A DNA stretch of 64,000 bases from an uncultured Planctomycetaceae bacterium (GCA_963813715.1 CAWFAK010000005.1:640001-704000), one strand, 5' to 3'. Counted from the stretch's first letter, positions 1-9,110 are shown. Notes: a model not told the origin generated them from the sequence alone. Made by a program: numbers and translations.

Positions 1-14
1 TTGCTGATTGGGTC

Positions 15-953
15 ATGCTCGTGCTCGTAACCGTCGCGATTCTCAAATACCGTCGGAACAAATCCGCCCAATACCGATTTCTCAGTCAAAACCGAGCCAA
101 GCTTTTGGAATGGATCGGGACCACCCGGTTCCCGTCACGCAGCACGTACTGTGAGCGTTATCGAAGGGCCCATCGCCTGTTTCAGGTTGCCGTTCGTCTT
201 CAAGGCAGGTGTCTGTTGAAGCATCAAGTCGGCGACGCACGTTGTGTGGCTGTCGACAAAAGCCTGATTCGGTCGTTGGGTCCGAAGTGGCCAAAACGGC
301 TGCGCATCCAAGGAAAGCTTTTGCGGGGTGTGGACCGTGAGAGCACGTGGGGCTATTGCAAGCACCATGGTTGGGTCCAGGGCTACTCCTACGAAGTCCT
401 ACTTTCTGCGGGGAAAAAGGGACTTGTTGTGCCCCTCTTGGCGTCGGTGAATCAGGCTCACTGGAGTGAGCACCGGTCATTCCCCGAAAAGATTCCACAC
501 TTGCCTCGACCCACCAAGTACGTCTTGGCGGATAGCGGCTACGACGGCAATGACCACGCTGACGCCATCGAGCGAGATTCGCGTGGCAACCCGACAGGCC
601 GGCGGTTTTTATGCCCTCAAATCTACCGAGGAGGACATCGTCGCCAGCCGGGACCATTTCACGACGCACATCGTGCTCGAAGAGAAGTCCGCACTCGCCG
701 GGAGGCGCGATATCAGTACTTCCAGACGAAGACAGCCCGGCTTCACTATTCGCGGCGAGGCAGAACCGCCGAGCCGTTCCACGAATGGTTCAAATCCACA
801 TTCCAACTTCACGAGCGAGCCTGGCACCGTGGCTTGGACAACAACCGCACCCAAGTTCTCGGCGCCCTGTTCGCCTACCAGCTACTCGTTCGCTACAACC
901 GCCGAAAACACAAACACAACGGCTCAGTTCGCTGGATCCTCGACGGCCTCTGA
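15..953 (+). CDS. DDE transposase (IS4/IS5/IS982-like, DDE_Tnp_1-type); 5' end may lie outside the window
   Basis: Motifs VAVDKS, TWGY..HGWVQGY, VLADSGYD and YSRRGRTAEP.HEWFK resemble the DDE catalytic segments. The stop is followed by a probable IS end at 954-967. Confidence 0.8.
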   Translation: MLVLVTVAILKYRRNKSAQYRFLSQNRAKLLEWIGTTRFPSRSTYCERYRRAHRLFQVAVRLQGRCLLKHQVGDARCVAVDKSLIRSLGPKWPKRLRIQGKLLRGVDRESTWGYCKHHGWVQGYSYEVLLSAGKKGLVVPLLASVNQAHWSEHRSFPEKIPHLPRPTKYVLADSGYDGNDHADAIERDSRGNPTGRRFLCPQIYRGGHRRQPGPFHDAHRARREVRTRREARYQYFQTKTARLHYSRRGRTAEPFHEWFKSTFQLHERAWHRGLDNNRTQVLGALFAYQLLVRYNRRKHKHNGSVRWILDGL

Positions 954-966
954 ATTCCCGGATCCC

Positions 967-1107
967 CTCGAGCAAGCTCAACCGTGGCACCCCAGGCAAA
1001 TCTTCGCTCGGAAGGCACCCCTTACTGGCGTGGGCGTCTTTCGACGGCCTCGCCCGCCGCGTAGAAAACTGATCTTGGACGAATCGCATTTTTGTGGCTG
1101 AATGGAA
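967..1107 (+). repeat. REP-headed leader element, copy A
   Basis: CTCGAGCAAGCTCAACCGTGGCACCCCAGGCAAATCT...CGTAGAAAACTGATCTTGG...TTTGTGGCTGAATGGA shares three blocks, in the same order, with the reverse complement of 18608-18731. Confidence 0.8.
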
Positions 1108-1190
1108 GAAGCGACTCTGTGCGCCGACGGCTGAGCTTGTGCGCGGAGTGCTCAGCTGCGTGACCGTGCGGCGACGTTGCCGAAGCGTCA

Positions 1191-1600
1191 TCGATTCGGG
1201 ACGGGCTACCGGTCAGTTTTCGATCCAGGCGAGTTGAAGTCCGGTCCGGACACATTCTCAGAGGGACAGGATTGGGGGACGGGACTGGGACGGGACCGGA
1301 TCGGAATGGGAGGGGCGGGACGCGGGACGGGACACGTTGTTTCATCGAGAGAATCCCGGCGAATTTGCCCTCGACCGGCTCGGTCCGGACACGCGAGCGG
1401 GGGACGGGACCAGTCAAAAAAGGTCCGGTCCGGACACATTCCGTCACAGCCAAACGGACCAGACCGGGAACATTTTCACCACAAAGGCACCAAGGCACAA
1501 AGAAATCCGACTTGCTGGGTAATGTTTGCTTTGTGTGTGACCTCCGGCGGGACGAATTGAAGTTGGGACGGGACACAAACACCGGGACGGGACTGATTTC
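1191..1600 (+). repeat. Cluster of CGGGACGGGAC / GTCCGGTCCGGACAC motifs
   Basis: About ten same-strand copies. GCGGGACGGGACACGTTGTTTCA recurs near 2995 (one mismatch), 3137 and 33588. No credible ORF. Confidence 0.75.
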
Positions 1601-1617
1601 CGGTAGGGCAGGCTCTG

Positions 1618-2969
1618 TGTTGAGACCGGACACATGGGTGACAAGTGTTCGGACACATGGGTAACAGGTTTGGCGGGGAAGGCAAAGGCTGCGTGAGCGT
1701 AGCGAATGCAGCCTTTGCCTTCCTCGCGTCGGAAAATCACGTCCCCTCCGCGTTCCGGTCTCGCAGATCAATGCGGGCAATCTTCTGCGAGCAATAAAAC
1801 ACCTGCCAGACTCCCTCGGTCGTCGTCGGCCGAAGAGCGACGGCTTCGCCCGAGAACGCCTCGCTGATCTTGATCACTTGTCCTCGAAAACTCAGTTGCC
1901 CCACGGGATTCACCTTGCGGACTTCGTCTCCCTCGTCGTATTCGATCGGCGGAAGATGCTCCGGAAACTCACGTCGGCTGACCACGTAACGACTACCAGG
2001 CACTCTCAGCCCCAAGGCCTCGTGAGGACGCTCGTGGTTATACGTCTGACGCCAACGATCGAACTCCCGCTGCACCTCCCCAGAGTTCGCGAAGGCCCGG
2101 CCGCGCAACACTTCCGCCTGCAGCGTGCGGTGAAATCGCTCTTCCTTCCCTTGCGTCTCGGGGTGGTAAGGGCGGCCATGGATCACGCGAATGTTGTGTC
2201 GCAACAACCAGACCGACAGCTTCGTGTAACCTCCGCGACGGTGGGTGACCGCCCAGGGCGTCCCGTTGTCCATCAACATCGACCAGGGAAGGCCGTAACG
2301 TCGAAAGACGCCCTGCAGACTCTCCCGAACGGTCTCGGATCGCTGGTTCAAACAGGCCCGCAGCCCCAAGGAGTAGCGAGAGTGATCGTCTGTGATCGTC
2401 AACGGGTGGCAGCGACGACCGTCGACCATGCGGAAATCGCCCTTGAAATCCATCTGCCACAACTCGTTGGGCGCCTCCCGCTCAAACCGCTGCACGGGGG
2501 CACGCCGGAGTGACTCCTCCTGCTCGATGCGGCCATGACGACGCAAAATCGCCGTGATCGTGCTGGCGGCCGGGACCGCTTGACGCCCCAGGGCCAACAG
2601 ACGGGCCCGCAGCTTGCGACCTCCCCAGACCGGGTGCCGATCCCGCAGCTCCAGCACCTCCGCTTCAATGGCCGCGCTCGTCGGCTCGCGAAAATGCCGA
2701 GGACGACGCGAACGATCCACGCACGGTTCGCCCAATCGAACCCGGCCTAACCACTTGTAGCCGGTCTTCCGCGAAATCCCAAACCGCCTGCACAGCACAG
2801 CGACCTTCGAATTTGGCGACGACGCCAAACGGCAAAACTCTTCCCGCATCGACACAACGTCACACTCCTGCCACGGCATCCGTCTCCCTCCTGGAAAGGA
2901 AGACCTCAGCCTACAAAAAGTGTTACCTATGTGTCCGAACGACTGTTACCTATGTGTCCGGTCTATACA
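1618..2969 (-). mobile_element. Complete IS481-family insertion sequence, 1352 bp
   Basis: TGT...ACA termini. Inverted repeats TGTTGAGACCGGACACATGGGTGACA and TGTATAGACCGGACACATAGGTAACA, each with an internal second copy. 5-bp target duplication CTCTG at 1613-1617 and 2970-2974. Confidence 0.95.
1737..2879 (-). CDS. IS481-family transposase (HTH + rve integrase core)
   Basis: MPW start, FGISRKTGYKW HTH, WQMDFKG, DDHSRY, MDNG, QGKEERFHRT, YNHERPHEAL. Confidence 0.95.
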   Translation of the reverse strand: MPWQECDVVSMREEFCRLASSPNSKVAVLCRRFGISRKTGYKWLGRVRLGEPCVDRSRRPRHFREPTSAAIEAEVLELRDRHPVWGGRKLRARLLALGRQAVPAASTITAILRRHGRIEQEESLRRAPVQRFEREAPNELWQMDFKGDFRMVDGRRCHPLTITDDHSRYSLGLRACLNQRSETVRESLQGVFRRYGLPWSMLMDNGTPWAVTHRRGGYTKLSVWLLRHNIRVIHGRPYHPETQGKEERFHRTLQAEVLRGRAFANSGEVQREFDRWRQTYNHERPHEALGLRVPGSRYVVSRREFPEHLPPIEYDEGDEVRKVNPVGQLSFRGQVIKISEAFSGEAVALRPTTTEGVWQVFYCSQKIARIDLRDRNAEGT

Positions 2970-2989
2970 CTCTGCCTGCCGCCGACATG

Positions 2990-3390
2990 GGGAGCGGGAC
3001 GGGACACATTGTTTCACCGGGAAACAAGCGGCATTTGTGCGGAGCGAAACGGGACGGGATCGAATTGAGACAGGCGCGACGGCGAGCGCAGCCTGCCCCA
3101 CAAAATTCAGACGCAGACTTCACCTTTCCAATTTAGCGGGACGGGACACGTTGTTTCACCGAGCCGATCCCGGCGAATTTGCTCCTTCGCTCAGCCCGCC
3201 AAGCTCGATCGAGCGCGGCGGGACCGCGAGCCCGCGGGGACCGCAATTGGATCGCCCGCCGCCCGCGAGCCGGTCTGCTGGTGGTGGGGATCCGTTTTCA
3301 CATAAGGGAGAAAAGGATCCCCAGCAGCGCGATGCGGCAACTGTCCCGCGGTGACAAGAAATTCATCCCCGGCGGGGTGGGGACGCTTTT
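2990..3390 (+). repeat. Continuation of the CGGGACGGGAC motif cluster, with a GGGGATCC...GGATCCCC hairpin and TTCATCCCCGGCGGG block
   Basis: Blocks shared with 33480-33630 (+) and 58250-58300 (-). Confidence 0.7.
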
Positions 3391-3461
3391 ATTTGATAGG
3401 GGACTCCGAAGTTGGCGCCACCGACTGGCTTTGCCTAGAAAACCGCGTTAGCGCGCCTGGA

Positions 3462-3680
3462 TCAGCGTCCGTTCCAGAAAATATATCGCTCAACCCACGG
3501 AGAGACGGGCTTCCCATTGATTGTGTGCCAGGGCATTGGCAGACAGCCAACGCGCAGCATGTCGGCAGTCGCTGAGGCAGCGATCCGCTGGGCACTTAAC
3601 AGCGCGGACGCGACGATGAACAAAATCGCGACCCAGTTGCGAGAGGATCTTCGGTAGGAGTGGAGTAGATCGTCACTCAT
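3462..3680 (-). CDS. Small hypothetical membrane protein (72 aa), probably leaderless
   Basis: Hydrophobic segment WVAILFIVASALLSA. TACAAT (3687-3692, minus strand) lies 6 nt upstream of the ATG. Confidence 0.45.
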   Translation of the reverse strand: MSDDLLHSYRRSSRNWVAILFIVASALLSAQRIAASATADMLRVGCLPMPWHTINGKPVSPWVERYIFWNGR

Positions 3681-3743
3681 GCCGCGATTGTACCGGCAGC
3701 GAGTCACCGGAGTGACCAGATTCTGCACAGCACCGACTCGGAC

Positions 3744-3851
3744 GGGTGGCGGGGGCGCTCCGCTTCGCGGAAGCCCCTGTCTTGTCGTGATCCTTGCCCG
3801 CTGAGGTAGGCCGATGTTCCGGGGCTTCCGCTCCGCGGAGCGCCCCGGCCA
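3744..3851. repeat. REPIN (inverted pair of GGGTGG-headed REP hairpins), right arm interrupted by IS110
   Basis: GGGTGGCGGGGGCGCTCCGCTTCGCGGAAGCCCC ... GGGGCTTCCGCTCCGCGGAGCGCCCCGGCCA|CCC. Near-identical arms at 58792-58959. Confidence 0.85.
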
Positions 3852-3879
3852 TCTATGAGAAGGGTAGCGTCAAGGGTTG

Positions 3880-4120
3880 GTTTTTGCGTTTGAAGTGGTG
3901 ATCTGGGCGATGCGGTACGCTCAACCATCTATTCGGGATCACCAACGGTCTGGAACAGGTCCGTCGATGTCGCCAGGAAGCCGACTTTCGAGAGACGCCC
4001 CATTCACCCTTCGAAGGTCGCTCTTTTGAGGGAACGCCTTCATGGCCGGGGGCGGGGTCGTCTGTGGGTCGTCGCAGCGCTTTCGATCGATGTTTTGTTT
4101 TGTGCTCTCCTGCCAAGGTC
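3880..4120 (-). ncRNA. Predicted bridge/seek RNA of the IS1111-type element (boundaries approximate)
   Basis: Segments match target-left+core (4043-4051), core+target-right (4005-4009), donor-left (3977-3981) and core+donor-right (3926-3932). Confidence 0.7.
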
Positions 4121-4126
4121 AGGGAT

Positions 4127-5146
4127 TTAAGTCGGTTGCTGGCTGAGCGAGTAGGGTTGGCCCGTCTTCAAGATCGCTGTCATCAGGCACAACAACCGGC
4201 GGGCCACGGCGACGATCGCCTTCTTGGCACGCACGCGCAACTTCAATCGTTCATAAATCCGACGCCAACGTAACGAGTGCTGAACCAGCCGCCAGGCGGC
4301 TTCGACCAGCGTCGAGCGCAGCAGCGTCGAACCGTTCTTCTCCAGGTGCAGCTCCCGACTCTTGCCCGCACTCTCGCGTTGACCCGGTGAGAGCCCTGCG
4401 TAAGCGACGACCCGCTTTTGCGAACCGAAGCGATCAATGTCTGCCAACTCGGCCAGCACAACTTCGGTGGTCACGAAGCCCACTCCGGGGATCGTCCGCA
4501 ACAGCGTCCGCGCTTCCTGCTCGCAAAGCGGCGCCGCCTCGGCGAACTCCTTCAGCCGGGCGTTGACGGCCAGCAGCTGACGCCTCCCGAAGTGCAACTC
4601 TTCGACCATTTGATCCACGGCGAACCGATCCGCTCCCAAGAGAGGCACTTGGGCGAGATACGCCAACCCGTCCACGGTGAACAGACTGGGACGATCCGCG
4701 TTGTAGTCGCAGAGAATGCGGCGCAGACGGTTCTTGACGGAGGTCAATCGCCGTTGAACGCCGCCCCGCTGACGCACCAGTCGTCGATGCTCATGCTGCC
4801 GCGGAGTCGCCCGGTAAGACGTCGGAATCATGTCCAAGGCCAGGAACTCCGCGAGGATTTGCGCGTCGAGCCGATCGCTTTTACGCGTGCTCTCGGCAAT
4901 CACACGCAGCTTCTTGGGGTGGGCCAACAACACGCGATGGGCCACGGGCTCGATCAATCGCACGAACCATTCGTAGCTGGCGGTCGCTTCCACGACAGCC
5001 TCGAACTCCCCGAGCCTCTCGAAAAATGCGAGGATGCTCCGCTCTTCGCCACAACGCACGGTCCGACGCTCCAAGACCCGCCGCAATTGGTCGACGACGC
5101 AAATCGTGATAGTCTGCTTGTGTAGGTCGCAGCCGGCAAATTTCAT
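4127..5146 (-). CDS. IS110-family DEDD recombinase/transposase
   Basis: GCDLHK, VEATA and KSDRLDA (DEDD RuvC fold); TIPGVG, YAGLSP..RESAG (catalytic Ser), AIVAVARRL. AAGGA RBS. Confidence 0.95.
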   Translation of the reverse strand: MKFAGCDLHKQTITICVVDQLRRVLERRTVRCGEERSILAFFERLGEFEAVVEATASYEWFVRLIEPVAHRVLLAHPKKLRVIAESTRKSDRLDAQILAEFLALDMIPTSYRATPRQHEHRRLVRQRGGVQRRLTSVKNRLRRILCDYNADRPSLFTVDGLAYLAQVPLLGADRFAVDQMVEELHFGRRQLLAVNARLKEFAEAAPLCEQEARTLLRTIPGVGFVTTEVVLAELADIDRFGSQKRVVAYAGLSPGQRESAGKSRELHLEKNGSTLLRSTLVEAAWRLVQHSLRWRRIYERLKLRVRAKKAIVAVARRLLCLMTAILKTGQPYSLSQQPT

Positions 5147-5400
5147 GGCGGTGTCCTTTTGTGGAAACGGTTTGCAACAAACTCCGTTTACCACGTTCAA
5201 GCACAACCACCAACCGGCTCGGCCTACCTCTTACCGCTCCTCATAGCTTCACCCCTGACGCGCCGCCGGATCCAAAAGCCGCAGCGTGTCAGGGGCATGC
5301 CCCTGGGTTTTGAGGGGTGACGCCGATACACTGCGCGAAGATTGCACGGGTCCTGGGATGATTGGCGCGAACAGCCTTTTTGCCTACGGAGAATGTCGAG

Positions 5401-6149
5401 ATGGCGTCCGACGCGGAACCACGAAAGCCGGCCTATAAACGGGTGCTGCTCAAGCTGAGCGGCGAGAGTTTTTGCCGGCGGGGCGAGTCGGGCATCAGCA
5501 TGACCGAGGTGGCCGCCATTTCGGCCGAGATCGCCGGCGTGCATCGGATGGGCGTGCAGTTGGCGATCGTCTGCGGCGGCGGGAACATTCTCCGCGGGCG
5601 GGAGTTCGCCGCCGTGAGCGCGGCCATCAATCCGCCCACCGCGCACTATATGGGGATGCTGGCCACGGTGATCAACGGACTGGCCCTGCAGGACGCGCTG
5701 GAGAAGATCGGCGTGCCGACGCGGTTGCAGACGGCCATTCGGATGGAAGGCGTGGCCGAGCCGTTCATTCGTCGCCGCTGCGTGCGACATCTCGAGAAGG
5801 GGCGGGTCGTGATCCTGGCGGCCGGGACCGGCAGCCCGTTCGTGACGACCGACACGGCAGCCGCCCTCCGGCGCGGGAGATCGAGGCGGACGTGTTGCTC
5901 AAGGCGACGAAGGTCGACGGAATCTATTCAGCCGACCCGGAAAAGAATCCGCACGCCGTCCGCTACTCTGAGATCACGTTTCAGGACGTGCTGCGGCAGA
6001 ACCTGCAGGTGATGGATGCGCAGGCCATTCATCACTGCATGGAGCACGGCATTCCGATTCTGGTGTTCAACTTCCAGCAGAAGGGCAACATCGAACGGGT
6101 GATCGCCGGCGAGCGGATCGGCACCCGCGTGATCCCCTCGCCCGCCTGA
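5401..6149 (+). CDS. pyrH: UMP kinase (one apparent frameshift near 5870)
   Basis: [18 protein letters not shown] and [16 protein letters not shown], then [14 protein letters not shown] in a second frame. Upstream of frr. Confidence 0.95.
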
Positions 6150-6315
6150 GGTTCGTCGCTCGGGTTTGCCGCCCGCGCACGGCGTGGCGCGTTGTCCGCA
6201 CGGGTCGTCCAACTGCTTTGCAACCCGCTGCCGATTCGGTAATTTGAAGCGCAGCCGGAGCCGCCAGACGAAAAGCGCGGCCGCGGCGGGACGATTTCTT
6301 TAAGGGAACGCGATC

Positions 6316-6876
6316 ATGGACCAGGACGAAATCTTGCTGGACGCCGAAGAGCGGATGGAGAAGGCCGTTGCCATGCTGCAGGGGCAGATGCAAGGTCTTC
6401 GCACGGGGCGTGCGACGGCCGGCCTGGTCGATTCGATTCGTGTCGACTATTACGGCTCGCCGACTCCACTGAAGCAGATCGCCAACATCAGCATTCCGGA
6501 GCCGCAGCAGATTTTGATTCGTCCGTTCGACGCGTCGTCGCTGAGCAACATCGCCAAGGCGATCCAGTCGAGCGACACGGGATTGTCGCCCAATTCGGAC
6601 GGCCGCGTGATTCGCCTCAACGTTCCCGCCCTGTCGACCGAGCGGCGGCGGCAATTGACGTCGCGTGTGAAGGAATTGGCGGAAGAGGCCCGCATTTCGA
6701 TCCGCAACGTCCGTCGCGACGCGAACAAACACGCCGACCAGGGTCAGAAGGATAAGAATCTGACCGAGGACGAGTGCGATCAGACGAAGGAGCAGGTGCA
6801 GGAGTTGACCAAGAAGTTCGAGGGCAAGGTCAACGACATGGCCGCCGCCAAAGAAAAAGAAGTGATGAACGACTAA
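6316..6876 (+). CDS. frr: Ribosome recycling factor
   Basis: LRTGRA, YYGSPTPLKQIA, PNSDG, IRNVRRDA. Confidence 0.97.
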   Translation: MDQDEILLDAEERMEKAVAMLQGQMQGLRTGRATAGLVDSIRVDYYGSPTPLKQIANISIPEPQQILIRPFDASSLSNIAKAIQSSDTGLSPNSDGRVIRLNVPALSTERRRQLTSRVKELAEEARISIRNVRRDANKHADQGQKDKNLTEDECDQTKEQVQELTKKFEGKVNDMAAAKEKEVMND

Positions 6877-7292
6877 GGCGGCCGAACGGCCGTCCACTGG
6901 CCCGGCGACTTGAACCGGTGACCCGGCCCTACGACCGGAGCTGCGATCTGGCCCGGTAGCCTGGAGCGTTGGCAGGCCGGCCGGCCGCAAATCTTTCCCA
7001 TCTTCGCTAGCGATCAGAGGCCGAACAACCGCCATTGCCGCGAACCGCAGCCCGCGGGACTCAGCTTCTTATGTTGAGCGCCGATTGAGCGCCGCCAAAC
7101 TTTCGCGCGACCGGACGGGTGTTAGAAACGGAACCGTCCCTCGCGACGATCGGGGCGATTCGGTTCCATCGGGTGAGCCCCGTCCTTTCAGGCAGCCGAT
7201 CATGGTCAATGCGACGGATTGCGCTTTGCGTAACACTTTCTCCGCGCATCACGAACTAGCCGAACGGTTCGCGGGCGCGAGATGGACGGAAC

Positions 7293-9089
7293 ATGGATCG
7301 TTCCAAGCCGCTGCGGCGGCTGCTCCCGGTGGGAGTGCTATCAGCTGCCGGACTCGCAGGCTGCGCGAGTTCGCCGGCCTATCGCCCGGTGACGACGTCT
7401 CCGACACCGCCGAACCCGGTGGTCGTGAGTCCGTCCGCCGCGGCGCCCGGCCCGGTCGGCCCCGCACCGACCGCTCCCCCGAGTGCGCCCGTCAATTCGA
7501 GCCCTGCTCCAAACGCCGAACCGATCGTGGCACCGCCGGCCCTTCCCGCGCCTCCTCAGGCCGTCGATGCGCCCCTCGTTCCGCCGCCTCCTCCAACCGG
7601 CATGCCGGCGCCACCCGTGAGTGAAACAGCGCCGCCGAGCAGTCCTGCGGGGATAGGGCCGGGCGCGGCCGTCACCGAGCCCTTGTTGAGCGCGCCGATG
7701 GGCGTGCTGCAGACGCCGCTGCCGTCCCCGCCTGTCGTCGTGCAGCCGAGCGAGCCGGCGCGACTGACTGCTCCCGGACCGACTGAGTCGATCGCCCCCA
7801 GCGTTCCTGCAGCCACTGACGCGACGCCCGCACCGGCGACGAAGAAGGCAGCCGCGAAGCCGGCCGATCCGCCGCTGAGTCCGCTCGCTCGTCTCCGGAA
7901 AAAGTTCCACTCGCTGACGCATCCGGCGAAGCCAACTAAGAAGGACGCGGACGCGCTGGCGGCCGGCGATGCGAAGGCTGGCGTGACCGTCGCGAGCGGC
8001 CCGCGCATGCCCATTCCGACGGCGAGCGTTGGCGTGGCCGCCCGAGTGGAAAGGCCGCCGCTACATCCGCTCTACGCGTCGGATGAAGGTGAGAGCCTGC
8101 CGCCGATCGCCACGAGCACGCAAACGGCGCAGGTCGAAGCGACCGCGCGGCCGATCGAGCCGCTGGTCCCGCCCGCGCAGCTCGCGGTTCCGGCCAGTTC
8201 ATCGAGCAACAAGATCGAGCAATGGCCTAACGGCGGCGATGCCCCGCCCAGCGAGCAGCCGGCAACGGTCAAGGTCGAGGGCGTCGAAGACTTCACGGCC
8301 ATCTCGCCCGAGGAGTATCGCGCGACCGTCGCCAAGATCAACGCTCCGGACAGCGGGCCGACGATCATCGACATGTCCAAAACACCGGCCGAAGTTCCAC
8401 CTGCCGCGCAGCAGCAAGTGCAAACGGCGCAGCCGAAGACACCCGAGCCCCCCGCCGTCCCCGCGGCAGCTCAGTCGTCGACCCGTGAGACGAGCCCGCC
8501 GATGGTCGTGATTCCGCAAGCCGCTCACCGAGTGACCACTCCGGCCAATCCGGTTGAGCCGAGCAGCCCGGCGACTCCCAGCGCATCGCTGGTTGCGCGG
8601 AACGTCGAGTCGCCAACGGATCCGTCTGCCGCTCCGCCGACGTCAGCTGCTTGGTCGGCGCCTTCCGTGCCCGGGCAGACGATTCAGACGATCTCGAACA
8701 AAAATCCCAGCGAGCCGACACCGGTTGCCGCGAATTCGGGCGGCCCCGCGCCAATCAGCGTGAATTCAAATGCCAGTGTGAACCCGAATGCCGGCTTCGC
8801 GTATCAGCCGGGTTGGACTCCGGTCCCGGCTCCCGTCGAGCTGCCGGCTTCTCCGCCGAGCCCGACGGCATCCGCGGTTGTCCCGCGAGCGACGAGCGCA
8901 CTGCGCCCGGTCGCATCGACCGCGCCGCTAAATTATCCCTCGGCGACGGCTTCCCAGCCGATCGTCGGCGGCCGTTACGGACAACCCGTGTGGATGCAAT
9001 CTCGGGGCAATTCGCCGTCGACCGGCAGCAGCCCCATTTCTAATCCGCCGGCGCAGCCCAGCGCGTTGCGCGATCTGGCGACGCCCTGA
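7293..9089 (+). CDS. Pro/Ala/Ser/Thr-rich putative lipoprotein, largely disordered
   Basis: Signal peptide with lipobox LAGC; low complexity throughout. Confidence 0.7.
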   Translation: MDRSKPLRRLLPVGVLSAAGLAGCASSPAYRPVTTSPTPPNPVVVSPSAAAPGPVGPAPTAPPSAPVNSSPAPNAEPIVAPPALPAPPQAVDAPLVPPPPPTGMPAPPVSETAPPSSPAGIGPGAAVTEPLLSAPMGVLQTPLPSPPVVVQPSEPARLTAPGPTESIAPSVPAATDATPAPATKKAAAKPADPPLSPLARLRKKFHSLTHPAKPTKKDADALAAGDAKAGVTVASGPRMPIPTASVGVAARVERPPLHPLYASDEGESLPPIATSTQTAQVEATARPIEPLVPPAQLAVPASSSSNKIEQWPNGGDAPPSEQPATVKVEGVEDFTAISPEEYRATVAKINAPDSGPTIIDMSKTPAEVPPAAQQQVQTAQPKTPEPPAVPAAAQSSTRETSPPMVVIPQAAHRVTTPANPVEPSSPATPSASLVARNVESPTDPSAAPPTSAAWSAPSVPGQTIQTISNKNPSEPTPVAANSGGPAPISVNSNASVNPNAGFAYQPGWTPVPAPVELPASPPSPTASAVVPRATSALRPVASTAPLNYPSATASQPIVGGRYGQPVWMQSRGNSPSTGSSPISNPPAQPSALRDLATP

Positions 9090-9110
9090 CGCGCAGTTGA
9101 GAAGCACAGT

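Larger units (their letters stand above)
3852..5251 (-). mobile_element. Complete IS110-family (IS1111-type) element, about 1400 bp
   Basis: Sub-terminal IRs CTATGAGAAGGGTA (3853) and CTATGAGGAGCGGTA (reverse complement ending 5246). CA dinucleotide at both junctions (3850-51, 5250-51). Removing the element restores the REP end CCCCGGCCACCC. Long non-coding region downstream of the recombinase. Confidence 0.9.

Noticed and set aside
1022..1780. ORFs across the motif clusters (also 2813-3451, 33024-33836, 17941-19043)
   Set aside because: They translate repeat motifs (RDGTR, PVP) and show no protein-like features.
7293..9089. Repeat array in the Pro/Ala-rich gene
   Set aside because: Compositional low complexity only; no periodic nucleotide unit seen.
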